Below are positions 51,541-64,000 of a stretch of 64,000 nt of DNA, piece by piece. Every line of letters begins with the position of its first letter. Within the stretch, counting starts at the first letter, position 1. The notes beneath the pieces were generated by a model. That model searched no databases. It was not told the DNA's origin and saw nothing but the letters and a program-made list of their open reading frames with translations. The DNA is from Phoronis australis. Taxonomy: Eukaryota > Animalia > Phoronida. The position numbers and the translations under genes are program-made. The stretch covers positions 206,119 to 270,118 of the forward strand of contig NMRA01000540.1 in assembly GCA_002633005.1 (NCBI GenBank). The letters are read 5' to 3'.

Positions 51541-52780
51541 TTTGGTAAAGAATAAAAATTTAAACGTGTATTTGGATCCAATTTTGAAGCGGTTAATACG
51601 TTATGCCAGTCATCTTTGGACCACAGCAAGCATGTATTCCTTGTGCCATTAAATCAAAGGTAAGCGATCGTCAGTTTAAAAAAACTGAATTTCACCTTTT
51701 GGGATGCCCTCTGTAAACACTTAGATGTATATTTACTCGCACACGTATAATTTGGGAAGTAACTTCTTCATTAAAAACTGCGTGGGTGTAAGAGAGGTGT
51801 CTGAATGCTGTACCGTTTCCAGTCCTAGATAGTTATTAGTAGTTTTTAGTTAGCATTTCCTGTTATTTTTTTCGTTTGAGAAACAAAATATTTACCGCTA
51901 AAAGATAACGACCATGTAGTATGTTGGTTCCATTTTGCGCTGAAGCTGTCCTCAAATAATCACTTTATTGCAGGTACTTTCCTTTTAAATAAATTACTTC
52001 TACTCCAATTTGTAATAATTTCCAGAAATTTGTCTGCATTTGCTTTTGCCACATCTTTCCTAAATTGTTAAGAGACTACAACTGTATAACATTCGTGCAT
52101 TGTGTAAACCAGTTAGCTGAAAACCGATATTTTTTTGGAATCGATAATGGCACGAGAGAAAAAGCACCCAATTCAATCAATTCAGGCAATAAACTCTGCT
52201 CTGATCTGTTACCTCCCAGAGCACGCTGGGCCACTACTCCAAGCATCGGTGCACACTGTGTGAGAGTTTTCAGGAACATGTTCTACTCGAGTGTTTCGCA
52301 TTGTGGGTATACGCATCTGAGCTTCACCTACTGGCAAGTGAAGGAATTAGTCACGGTTCACCTCTCTCGGGTGTAGCCACGGACGGGCAACACGGGGTCA
52401 CGACCCTATGTTTATTGCACAAAAAGCTACCCGCGGTCGAACACAGTTCCATCTTGCTTTTACACCGTGTTCATTGCAAAATGCATCAGGGTTGTTACTC
52501 ATTTAGTTCCTCTTCTGCCTCCACTCTCGAACAACTAATTCGCGTTGGCCTCCTTGTTGAATACGTCTGCTTACGCCGGTGTCAACAGAGTCCCACTTTG
52601 CCTGAATTTTTGTGGGTATCCGTGACCTGATCCGTTATTGCAAACCAGATTAGTAAAACAAACGAGAGCGCCAGACTGACTGTACAGGGCGCAGCCGCTC
52701 TTCAAAATAAGTCATTCTCTCTGAGTAATTTATTTCAGGGCTGAATTTGTTTATACATAACAATCTGAAAGTCAGGATTT

Positions 52781-53018
52781 TTACAGACCCCTTATATGGA
52801 GGATGTTTTTATTCTCCTCCAACCGTGTCTTCCACCTGAGCTCTTCACTCTTCACCGTAGCAATCCAAGTAGCAATCAACTCTCGGTCCACCTTTTCCGG
52901 AAATGTGGTCCGCATCACATCGCAGGAGAACCTCTTTTTCATCTCACAGTGTGGAGGAACGTACAGCTTTCGTTGGCAAATATGATTCGGTGGTGCTCTA
53001 CTAGTCCCTATTTCGGCC
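52781..53018 (-). CDS. Uncharacterised secreted 8-Cys protein, divergent paralog C, exon 4 (terminal)
   Basis: ctcccttactag|G GCC GAA...; (S)AEIGTSRAPPNHICQRKLYVPPHCEMKKRFSCDVMRTTFPEKVDRELIATWIATVKSEELRWKTRLEENKNILHIRGL*; shares C..K.[FY]VP..C.....F.CD...T and two Trp with A/B. Confidence 0.85.
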
Positions 53019-53659
53019 CTAGTAAGGGAGGAATTAGAATTCAAACATTAGTGCCGTTGGGAAACGGTAGATCGAATATTACTTAAAATTTCCCGAAAAA
53101 CCGTAGGTACGTTTGTCATTAAATTTGATTGGCTGATTGGTGATGACTCTTGTTCTGTAAGACTGATAAAACACGGAGAGAGTGGTGAAACCTGGGTTGC
53201 GTTCTTTACTCACTACCCTTGTGGAATCTTTGCCTATGGAATGGAAAAAAGCATTCAAAGTCCAGGACTTGCGAGCCATTCAATTCTTCACTCCCATGAT
53301 TTGGAGTGGTCTCGCGTGATCTCGTTTTTTTACAAAGAAAATTTACTTTACGTAACGCACCCCAAGAGCAGATTTCGTAGTTGCAAGTCGTTCACCAGTA
53401 AAATTAGTATAACCGCTTGCTTCACTTGCTGCTATGCGTGGTTAATTTTTCCCAACTTCTCAAATCTTCCGAAAAAAGTATTAAGATTTTAAAGACTTTT
53501 TCTGCAAAATATGGACTCTTTTACTAAATGGCATCTCGTCTTCGCAGTACCTTAAGTTTTTATCTCCATTCGCATAAGTAAGTGCTAATAGCGGTAAAAA
53601 TGGTCCCATGCAGTCGAAGTGATGAGAAAAAAGGATAAGACAGGATCTATCCAACTTAC

Positions 53660-54052
53660 GACGCGTCCAACGTGACACATAGGCCCTCTTTGCCTGGATT
53701 TCCGACGGAGATCTCGCTTCCGACATCCGTCCAGTAGTCGTACTGTTCACTGTAGGCTTCAAATTTCACCTTTCGGTCAAGATAGGGGTCACTACCAGCA
53801 GGCATTGGCGTGCACATGACCGTGGGATGAATACTCCCCTCGTCTCTCGGCACATCGGAAGAACCCTTCTTAATTTTTACCACTTCGTCCTTTATATTTC
53901 TAAGCCATGCTGTGTATTGAACTTTAACCTTCTCCTTGTTGATTGTGCAGAAGCACACGCGCGGATTAACGCGGATGGCGAAAATATTATCACCCTTGTA
54001 AATAGTCAGAGAGTGATCGGTGCGATCTATGTTTCCTTGGTTGTCTTTAATT
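53660..54052 (-). CDS. Paralog C exon 3 (393 nt, phase 2-2)
   Basis: tttcttcag|A ATT AAA GAC AAC CAA GGA AAC...GCG TC|gtaagt; IKDNQGN...PRVCFC...VMCTPMPA...SEISVGNPGKEGLCVTLDA; same length as A/B exon 3. Confidence 0.9.
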
Positions 54053-55623
54053 CTGAAGAAACCAAGAAGAAAATTTAAGAAATTACAACCTAAACATGTG
54101 TAACCGGGCAGGGTAACTTAAAATTACTGTTGTAATTCATAATTAATTCTCATGTTGTGCGGGCTGAAGTGTTTAATGTTGTAACTAACTGCTGCGCATG
54201 GCCTTCTTCAAGCCACCTTACTTGTATATTTAATGCCTGGTGTTGGAAGTATATCGTTCATTTACCTTTTACTGTCTTGGGACACGTACCCTGACAATAA
54301 ATGTCCGATTCTGCTTTGCTTTTATTAATCAAGTTACCCACTATCTTATATTTTCACAAAACTTTGGAATTGCTATTATAGATCTACCGTACACTATTTA
54401 TACGACGTTTCTGTATGTAAAGCACCTCAATAGAATGAACCTCTCTTATTGTCACGAGTCACTGAGACGAGATAGCAATTTGAATATAAGTGTGTGTCTT
54501 CTAGTCAGAAATTTGCATCGAGATGTACATGCATGGTTCAGGCTTCCGAAGTAATCGACCTTCTTATCAATAGCGGAAGAGACATCAACTACAAAAAGGA
54601 CTGTGGGACAGCGGCCCTCCAAAGCAGCGCTGCTGGTGGACGTATATAAAAGAGCTGTGGAAATCTCTTCATTTAAAGTTATTAAGAACCCAAGAAAAAT
54701 ATTCAAATTTGGCCAAGTTTGGAACATCAGATATACTTCTTTATGCACAAAACTAGAAGGAATTTGTTTTATAATGTTTCATTTTTTCATGAGAGGATAC
54801 AAAAACAGTTTTATGGTTTTCTCAACTCGAAAGTTGCATACGACGAAAAAGAAATGATCTTTGAAAACTAACAGCTTATTTGATATTTATTCATGAACCT
54901 TCATATCAAACAAAAATTGACTACGTCATTGCTGCTATAGCTGCATCCTTCTCTTTAACTAGATTTTAATAAAAATGAGTAGTCACGTGACCAAATGATT
55001 GGCAGAGTAGTATAAAGTCACGGAACAAATTCTAATAGGCTTGTGTTTTCAGGAAATACACACTTTTTGAAATACTCCCTTATAAACGTCTGACTTCTTT
55101 TAGTCTTATTAAATCATATGGCGGATCTGTCATTTTGCCGTGAATCCCTTCATACCAATGTGCTTAGGCTTATTTGCCAGTATTGGTTCCACGTGACTGC
55201 ATGTCCTAAGTAGCGTTTTGCACAGTAACATTATGGTAATTACTTATAATAAACAGTAACGACACCTATGTGAACATTGTAAGTGCCTTGTCTCATTTCT
55301 AACTAGTTGTCCTATCTGCTGTCCTAGGCAAATTGCACATCTCATGTGCACGCGTAACAAGATGACTAAAATTGCACTCCAATGAAACCCGCCGCATTTA
55401 CAGGAGCGTAACAATGCTACCAAAAGTCATTTTCAGGCATGATAAATATTTCGTAAAGCTCGTCAACGGACAAAAGGTTGCTGCAACTTCCCTGTGAAAA
55501 CGCGTAAGCCCTGAAAATTTTACTCTTCAAATTGATGGATTGTCACTTGGGAACTGTGGCCCGGATTCACGGCCTTGTACTGTCAAGGAAACAAGAAGCG
55601 GCAGATGTCACAAAGTTTCAAAC

Positions 55624-56222
55624 TGAATCTCGCTGGTTTCCTGCTTGTCCGCTAGAGGATAGAGAACACGCAACTATTGGTTACCTTTTCTTGGGAAGTT
55701 TTTCACGCTAGCGTTTCTGATTGGCTGCTCGAATTCTCATCAGCTGGCGCTTTACGTAAACAAACTGGCGTGACTGATGGAGGAAGTGTAAATGTGGATA
55801 TAGTTTGTACAGACAAATTGGTGCTTAATTCATGATCATGTGAATCTGAAAGTTGTGGTTGTGCCTTTTCAGAGTGCATTTTTCTACTGTCTCTGATTTT
55901 CGTTTACGTTGGTGTCCCGTTGTATTCACACAGTATGAATAATGCACCGGTTAAATCGGCCAAATGTGTGTGCATTGTATGTCCTTTTAAAAGTTCGCGG
56001 CTATTAAACATTACTGCAGGAACGAAATATTTGCCGTCACGCCACTTGCATGACAAGGCTAAAAATCGTTCACAGTCCGCCATTTTATTTCTTTGTTGTG
56101 AGGCTAACAAATGACTACCGTGGTTAAATCAACCAGTGACAAAACGCGTGCTACTGAATGATACAAATACCTGTGTGTTCTCTACCCCCTAGCGGACACA
56201 CAGGCAACCAGCGAGAGACTGA
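55624..56222. mobile_element. MITE with ~50 bp TIRs in paralog C intron 2
   Basis: tctcgctggtttcctgcttgtccgctagaggatagagaacac versus reverse complement of right end tctcgctggttgcctgtgtgtccgctagggggtagagaacac. Confidence 0.85.
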
Positions 56223-56817
56223 ATCTGAACCCGACCGAAATACATCACGTGTCTAATGACTGAAACTACCCAGTGCTTCGAGCTAAGGTAACTGCACGCC
56301 CTGGAAGACTCGTATTGTCACGAACTTTCTGAATCCGCTTATTGAATTGCACAAGCATGCAGGTAAGAGGTTAATATTGATGTCCTCGTGAAGCAAAAAG
56401 ATCCGAGATCAAGATTAACAAAAGCCACGATAATTTTAAGGACGCCCAAAGTAGTCAGTCAATAGTTAACTTTAGTAGTAATAATGTTAAATGGGCTACT
56501 TGATATTCACTAGAAAGTGCTTTGGAAGAAATGTCGGAAAGCATGTCATATTCAAAATGGAGTGGCTTGCTTTCTTAGGGCCTGTACTTCATTATCAGGC
56601 TTCAATCTACGTAGCAAGTTTCTTGAGAGAATGACAAAATCATACAAGTCTTCGCGAGATGTCGCTATTCATTACAAACGAAGCACGTGATCATAATGGC
56701 TGCTTATTCTCTAGTGCTGGGTCTATGGAACGCAGTCCTATACATACATTTCTGTACGGACAAGACCTTGTTACAAAACAGCCTATTTAAGGAATTTCGA
56801 GTCGCCTATTTTCGTAC

Positions 56818-56999
56818 CTTATTCTGGCAATAGCTCTCGTCCTTGTTTTACCCGGATGATTGACGGTGACATTTATGTTAAATCTGAACGAATGACATCG
56901 CCCATTACCAAACTTAAGGTTCTTTGGAATTTGCAAACCCACTTCGTTGATCTTTATGGACATCTTTCCAAGTTTTAATTTAGCAGCCTCGATGGTAAG
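56818..56999 (-). CDS. Paralog C exon 2 (182 nt, phase 0-2)
   Basis: atatatttcag|CTT ACC ATC...ATA AG|gtacga; LTIEAAKLKLGKMSIKINEVGLQIPKNLKFGNGRCHSFRFNINVTVNHPGKTRTRAIARI(R); F..G.C....N pattern matches A/B GFSVG.CY.Y.YN. Confidence 0.82.
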
Positions 57000-57026
57000 C
57001 TGAAATATATAAAGGCGAAAAATTGC

Positions 57027-57240
57027 ATCACAATGTTCATCATCACCACCATCATCACCACCACCACCACCACCANACCACTACAACCACCACCACGACA
57101 CAATTATCATCACCACCACTATTATTATCATCATAAGCTTTAACACCATAACTATCACGGCCAGAGCACCGCACCATCACCACCACCACCATCACTACCT
57201 CCTTCATCATAAACATCATAACAATGACCACCATCGCTAT
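57027..57240. repeat. Imperfect (CAC/CAT)n microsatellite in paralog C intron 1
   Basis: caccaccac/catcatcat runs with one N. Confidence 0.92.
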
Positions 57241-57272
57241 TTCCCAGAAGCCTGATAACAAGTACAACTTAC

Positions 57273-57825
57273 TTAAAAGGATACTCAACCTGGTTTTGGC
57301 CTATTAACAGAAATTAAATGAAACTTTCCCATACAGCTTTCTGAAACAAAATTATACTTTGTAACCCTCAAATACATTCAGAAGTTTGGAGAAAAAATTG
57401 AAAACTCCTTCCAAAGTCTGCTAAACGAGCAAGCATGACCTACGCTTTTAGCGACTAACCCGGGAACTGTGGGAATAGACTAACCACCAAGGACCATAAT
57501 GTCCAATCTATGATATAGGGAGTATGACTTTTTATATGATTCTTGTCTTCAACTTGGAAGATTGACACCAATGATGCATTAACAGATGACAGAACGAGGA
57601 GTGGCAAAAGTCATCAAAACAGGGTTAAGTACCCTTTAAGATTGTTCAATTTAAGACAGAATGCATTCCCAAGTGTAGGATTGTCTGGGCAATACCGTGT
57701 TAGGTATTCAGTGTAAGTCTTTGTTTGAACCTCATTTATTTGGGAAAATCTCAATTCAAATGAGAAGGTGTTAGAGGGCAGAACGACGATTGATGGAATC
57801 AAGACAGGATTTAGTATCCTTTTAA
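57273..57825. mobile_element. TTAA-flanked MITE (Kolobok/piggyBac-like target site)
   Basis: ttaa-aaggatactcaacctggttttg ... caagacaggatttagtatcctt-ttaa. Confidence 0.75.
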
Positions 57826-58339
57826 CACATGCACTTCATCGCCTACTTCGGCGTAAAGATTTTGCGGCGCAAGCCTGATGCATTACGCAATTGACCGCTT
57901 ATTGAGAGATCCAGCTTAGCTATAATTAAGAAACTTTTTTTCCAAACCAGCTAAGACCATTTTCATGTTGTGTGTTATGTAGACACAAATCAAACGTTGT
58001 CGTCGAAGTTATGTCTGTCAGAGGGTCCTTTTCAGGCTGACTGATAATGATAGACCACTCTAAGGCTTTTGATGACATGCTTCATTCATTGCTTATGTTG
58101 CCTGAGTGAGAGTGGACTATTCTGGTCGAGGAAACTCTAGTCTGATGTTTTTAGCTCTTGAATGTGTGTTTGGCCAGGACAATAACTGAAAGACTGGACA
58201 GGCTTAATTATAGAGTGGTTAAAACCACTCATAATTACTTTACCAGATCATATTCTGACCTGCTGTTAAGAGGAACTCTCCCAATACCTCAAGTTGAACG
58301 ACTTCGCAAAGTCTTTAAAAACGTTGGTTTATCGCGTGG

Positions 58340-58510
58340 TAATGGGATGTTCTGTTTTTATTTGAAATACACAAGGCATAATTTACGTACCACTCTGCGG
58401 AAGTTAAAAATACATTTACAGTCAATCAAGTACAAAGGCGCTAGCTTATGGAGCAGTCTCCCAACAGACCTCGGGGAGGATGCTGTTCCAAATGTCTTCA
58501 ATTTGATACT
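58340..58510 (+). mobile_element. LINE ORF2 3'-end remnant
   Basis: HNLR...QSIKYKGASLWSSLPTDL resembles the S..Y.G..LWN.LP C-terminal motif of CR1-group LINEs. Confidence 0.6.
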
Positions 58511-59108
58511 GAACAGTTGGACCATATATACCATGCTTTTTAATGTTTTTCTTATATCTACTTATTTTTATTTATTTGTTTTACTAATTATAATCTTATA
58601 ATAGGTGAAACGAGACCGTGGCTCATGTTTATAGGTTATAAAACTGACTTTAAATAGTCACTGCTTTGACTTGACCTGAATGAGGTCTAGTTTAATACTC
58701 TGTATATACATTTTGGTGACTTTGTTACGTCACAGGAGACTTCAATGCACGTGGTACTTATCCAAACAATAGCTGCACTGTTTTACGACGCCAAATGCAT
58801 TGCCCAACTAAACAAAAAACAACCGCAGGTACAATACCTATGCATCTTCTGTTTGTTACGCATCGGCTCCAGTTCCTTATAAGCAATTCTATTATTCTAC
58901 CGAACTTAACGATAGTCTTGTAATTCCGTCGTTTGAGTCAATTCTCCAGATCCAATGGATTTCAAAAACGACACATTTGTTTTGCATCCTGAATTGTGAA
59001 TAAACGTATTACTTAATGTGCAAAGTTTTGTTCTCGTCGCACGACTCTGGGCTTTCTGAGAATATATGCAACAAAATCCAACTCAAGAAAGACAGAGACG
59101 ATACTTAC

Positions 59109-59153
59109 CACCACGAAACAAACGACAATTAGCTCCTTAAAAAGTCGGGCCAT
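59109..59153 (-). CDS. Paralog C exon 1 (signal peptide MARLFKELIVVCFVV)
   Basis: acaATG GCC CGA...GTG GTG|gtaagt; 45 nt, phase 0; with exon 2 gives ...VVCFVVLTIEA-AK cleavage-like site. Confidence 0.8.
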
Positions 59154-62100
59154 TGTTTCTCAATGTCTTCCTTAGTGAGTTGTGGCAATGACATCTGCGC
59201 GCAAGAACACGCACATATAGACAACCTCAAGCAAAATTGCATTGTCTGGTTCTTGATTGGTGAGTTATTTTTAAACAGCTTTTATGTGACGTATTTCGAA
59301 ACCAGGCTCTCCTTAGAGTCTGGGCTCGAGACTGGGCAGTTCTACATAGTCAAAAAAAAGCAAGACCACGCAACACACTGCACATGTACCTCGAAAAATC
59401 AAGCGTTTAAAAGGCCTTACATGTACTATCGTAAAATGATGGATCATGAAGTGATTGGTTGGCTAAGTTGAAATATTGAATTATAGGATTTCCTTGATAA
59501 CTTATGAGATAGAATTCACTTTCTCTTTTCCCTAATGATGTTTTCTCGCTGCAAGGTCATGGCTAATGTATTGCCTCCGAGCGACACAACCTAACTTGTT
59601 GCACGGGGACCAATATTGCATCCCATGCGCATCAGACTTTTGACTTGGTGGTACCACACCTGTCGCTCGAAATGTTTTCCAATTCCTGCCTAACCCATGC
59701 AGTCTTGCCTACACGATAAGAAAACTTCGTATCTTCCCAAGCCAGACTTTATATTAATACTATTTGATGCAGCTCGTTACCGAGGACGGGATACTTGACT
59801 AGCAACTTGGAAACTAGGATGCTCACCCATTTGTAACATGAATAGTTGTAAAAGGGGACACGTTTTCAGGGAGCCTCAATGAGCTAGTCTTTTGTAGGGG
59901 TTAATTTCCTTAATCTAACCCCTTCGTGGCTAATTCAACCCATCCCAAAGTACATGAAGTACAAGAACAAGTGCAAGTTTCAGAAATACAGCTAAAGAAA
60001 TGGAAACGTCTCTGTAGATTTATAAAGTTGGAAAAAGGAACTTTGACCATGTGTACTTGAGTTGCACCGCGTGTCAACGTATGTTTCAAATAGTAGATTT
60101 TTAGTGAACTTACGTAAATGTAAGTCTGTGCATGTATCATGGTGCCTGACTATTTGTGCTATTAGGTTATACCTTTTAATTGTTTGAACTCAAGTTACTT
60201 ATATTTATAGTTCAAGTATGGTATCGCACCTGCTTGGATGCACTGAACAATCTCAAGATTGGCCGTTGGAAGTGTTTCCTCTAGGTAACGCGTCACATTT
60301 ATAATTAGAACAAGTTAAGTAAATTAATGATATCTGATAGTCATATCATTCATTTGTGCAGTTTAGAGTCGCTTGGTGCAAAGTTCTGGCGATATATTTT
60401 GTTATCTGAAACATATCAAGTTACTCCACGCAATTTACCACATTACTCTTGCTGCATACGGGTCATCAAGGTTACTCCAAAAGTTTTACTTTCCCAGAGG
60501 CGCTAAAACGCACGTATCAAGCACCATTTCCCAAAGCTGCAGTATCATACTGCCTGGTGCAGTGGCAGAGGGTGGTCTACCCAGTGTCAAGCACATTGAA
60601 CTCGCACCTCCTGGTTTGCAGGAGGCGAAATGAGATTGCAAGGGTGGAATGATGGGTCATGAAAGAGACCGATCTAAGTGCACGTACCTGGCTGTTATGA
60701 GGAGCTTGCACATTTATTTTGCCGCTAGGATAGCTACTATAGGCTGGATCGTTCCTGTTGCTGTCCTCCGGTGTACCCATGTATTTGGCTGAAGGAAGAG
60801 CGGGTGTGCGTTCAGTAAGCTTGGACCTACGCTAGGACATAGCTAAAATCTAGCTAAAGTCATGTGTTCTAACTTAAAATACATAGCACCATTTCACGTA
60901 ATCTCGCGAAGTCTTGCTTCTTAGCGAGGTCCTAGCGTTACTGAAAGGGAGGCGGGAGTCGAAACCGTTCGAAAGTTTATACCTTCCGTGGTCACGTTCA
61001 TTAAAACACACATGCCAAATTTCAAAATGGCCCTGCAAGGGATCCAAAAGATACAGCCGCGAAAGCAACACAAAATCATACTAAAAATTAATGCTCTACA
61101 GTAGTCGGAGCCGTCCAAAAATGATCACCAGATTGGATTGATTTGTCCGATGGAGATGCTTACGCTAAAACGACTCGAAAACAGAACAAATGGCGAACTG
61201 GTAGAATCCAACCAAATAAAGGAGAGCTGCGTCGTCTCTATAACAGGTGCCTATTTGCCAAATTTTATGAATATCCACAAACAGCTGTAAAGAAATAGAT
61301 GCGTAAAAAATAAAATTGCCACCAGGTTATAAAACACTGGTAGTCGGATGGGTCCAAAAATCGACTACACCGTCCCATTTCTTATTGAGACATGTCTGCA
61401 CTGAAATTATACGAACGTCCATCAAGGGGGTTTGGAGATACAGCAGCGAATGTCGGACACAGGACGCCGAATGGACGCCATACGGATGGATGGACAGACA
61501 GACGGAGGTAAGAACGAAGATGACAGAATATTGGATCCATATATATGTGTTTACATCGATCCAGTTGTTTCGGCGTTTGCCACCGGAAGTCTCTGCATGT
61601 ATTTGTGTTTGATACTCTCACATTATGTAATTGTCACATAGGTAACGCTTTGTGTATCTCGCACACTTTTTGCATTTTACCACTCACTTCGAAAATGAAA
61701 GGTTTCGTGTCATTCGAAGATCCGGAATGTAGAGGTATCCTTTAGAAATATGTGTTGTGTTTTTAGAGTCGATGGCGGCGATCGCTGAACTAAATACAAT
61801 TTGTAGTTGAAGAGCGAATACTGACGAAAAAAATGAACTCGAGAAAGTTTGCAACAGGACGATAGACCTACATAAACGAACTTATATGTGAGTTCAAGAA
61901 AATGAACAGAATTACACACAGAATCGTTCAGTTTAGGACATAAAAATATACAAAAGGTTCAACCAGCCTATAGCCGAAGCTGAGACGCATGCGCCTGAAT
62001 GTGAAACACTTCTTTGAAAAAAGCGTTATTTGAATTCACACCCACGGGCCCAAATACGCGCATCAGTGCCGGATTAAGGTTATTCGAAGCCCCAAAAGTG

Positions 62101-62604
62101 GATAAAAGTTGCGGGACTCTAATCGCCATAATCTTCACCCCTGTGGCCACAATCTTCCCACGCCGCCACAACATTCACGCAGCTAGTTGCCTCTGCCTAT
62201 GGTCGCTCCGCAGTTTTTACCCGCTCCGTTGCTGTTTTCGAGCTACCGGGTCGCCACGATGTTCGTCCTTATAGCCCACCAACAAAAGCCGATTGTGGCC
62301 CTTGTAGCGAAGAATAAATCGGTTTTATTACAATTGTAACAAAACGTGAGGGCACTGTCATTAAACTGGGCCCCTTTTTGAGGCCTGATTTGGTGAATTT
62401 TGAAACATATAGTTCTGTTGCAACAAATTGATGACAAGTTTCGCGAGTCTTGAATGATCACAAAGGCAAACGAATTGAAGGGTGCTTGCTATAGCTTGCT
62501 TAGCTTTTGAAGTGACAGCAAAATAGCGTATTATAGAATTATATTGTGATGCTTAGCTCAATTTTCTTGTCAACACAACGAAAAGTCTCTCTTCTAATAC
62601 CATT

Positions 62605-62954
62605 CACGGTGTCCTTCTCCAGCGAGATCGCAACAAATTCGTGGTCAAAGCACAAAAATGTTCCAAAAAAGCCCACGCATCAGTCCTCCTTTGACGGTTC
62701 GAGGTAAAGGACGGTACGGCAATTGCCGATTTGTCACGGAGTGTCACGACATGGATAACTCCACCCAAAGCCAGATCGTTCATAACCTTCTGTGATGAAC
62801 CGGTAATATTGCCGTACATCCGTAACTCATCGGATAATTCCGTACCTTCCTTGACCTCGAATCTTTGAAGGAGTTCCGATGCGTGGGCTTTTTGGGAACA
62901 TTTTTGTGTTTTGACCGCAAATTTGTTGCGATCTCACCGGAACAGGACACCCTG
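62605..62954. mobile_element. MITE with ~125 bp TIRs, Tc1/mariner-like CAGGGTGTCC termini
   Basis: cacggtgtccttctccagcgagatcgcaacaaattcgtggtcaaagcacaaaaatgttcc... versus reverse complement cagggtgtcctgttccggtgagatcgcaacaaatttgcggtcaaaacacaaaaatgttcc... Confidence 0.88.
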
Positions 62955-63689
62955 AATTGTGTTACAAGAAAGAACAATTACTAATGGTTTGTTGGAAACC
63001 TGTTTTTTTTTGTAAATTTATTGAGTTTTGTGTTTGATATGGAAGGCTGAAGTGAAGCACCAGTGGAATTCCTTGTCTCGAGTGTCATACCTTGTAGTAT
63101 TATATATAGTGTATTGGGGACGATCAGAAGCTGAGGACGCTTGTGGCCTTGTCATGTTATTACACTTCACAAGTTTGTAACCTAAATTTGACTAGTGTAC
63201 ATCTACATTGTCTTACACATTAAACATACCGTGTACATGTACATGTAATGTGTATACCTTAAAAAACGATCAACTCGTTTTTTAAAGAAATGTTTGGCCC
63301 TATGTAAGGGTCGTTGTGGCAGGTGCTGGCGTAGTTGGTCGTCAAGTCCGTTTCACAATACACCTTAGCAGGTTAGGCCTATACAGGGAATGAACCCGGT
63401 GGGCACTTGCACTGACAAGGTGACCACATTCGCGAACAGTGTACAGCACCAGAAATTGCTGATAGATCGTACTTTCTCAGCCTTGCAGGACTAGCGCGGT
63501 GTTCAATAGACCTTTCAAGGATCTTTGGTTCTGATTTCAGCACTGACCGTCATCTTACCCGCACTAAGCATCACTGCCGTCTTCTATACCGGAAATATCC
63601 GCAGAAAGGCCCATCCCATGCCCATGGGTGTTCATTTGTTGTTACAACTTCGGGTTTCATTTGTTCAAACAGTGGGACGTTTATTCGAA

Positions 63690-64000
63690 AAATTGTAAAG
63701 AGAAGAAAATTGGTCCTCGGATACATTGCCTTTGACAAAAGCTCAAGGTTTGAAGCAGTACATGATGATCGGGTCAAATGTAGTTACGCTTGTAACTTTT
63801 GGATGGACTTGAACACCTCAAGGGGCTTAGTGCCAAGCTGCCAAACAAGATGTTGGCATTGTAGAGGCTTACAAGCTCATTGACACAGTAGCTGACGACG
63901 TGCAGGCATTAAGTGCAAACACCGAAGATCTATGTCTGGGTTGAATGGTTCCAAGACGCGCAAACCATAGCTGAGAATATGGGATCCGGCATCCAGATTC
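63690..64000 (+). mobile_element. Frameshifted hAT-superfamily transposase remnant (PRKRIR/ZMYM1-like region), runs off window
   Basis: ENWSSDT...KAQGL / LDGLEHLKGLSAKL / QDVGIVEAYKLIDTVADDVQAL / EWFQDAQTIAENMGSGIQI in shifting frames. Confidence 0.75.

Noticed and set aside
59200-63600. A fourth paralog of the secreted-protein family
   Set aside because: I found no DN.GN, CxC or VP..C....F.CD-bearing exon; the ORFs at 62604-62977 derive from a MITE.

Overview
AT-rich, intron-containing animal genomic DNA; the RXR N-terminus suggests a marine lophotrochozoan (inference). The left third holds the 5' part of a retinoid X receptor (RXR, NR2B) gene on the minus strand. It has five phase-compatible coding exons from the ATG at 20749 down to 627 and a ~17.2 kb first intron; the ligand-binding-domain exons lie beyond the window start. 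Upstream, also on the minus strand, is a tandem cluster of three paralogous four-exon genes: A 26934-30430 (293 aa), B 39538-42206 (296 aa) and C 52781-59153 (285 aa). I assembled these by hand from splice sites. They encode secreted proteins with 8 conserved Cys, share intron phases 0-2-2 and an identical 393-nt third exon, and belong to no family I recognise. Other notable items are a composite DR1/DR4 nuclear-receptor element ~330 bp upstream of the RXR ATG and a divergent, apparently duplicated RXR T-box on a symmetric 33-nt micro-exon. The remainder is decayed LINEs (CR1-like, L1/Tx1-like), DNA-transposon remnants, many MITEs, simple repeats and two gap-flanking duplications that are probably assembly artefacts. 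All protein and family calls come from motif recognition; no searches were run.
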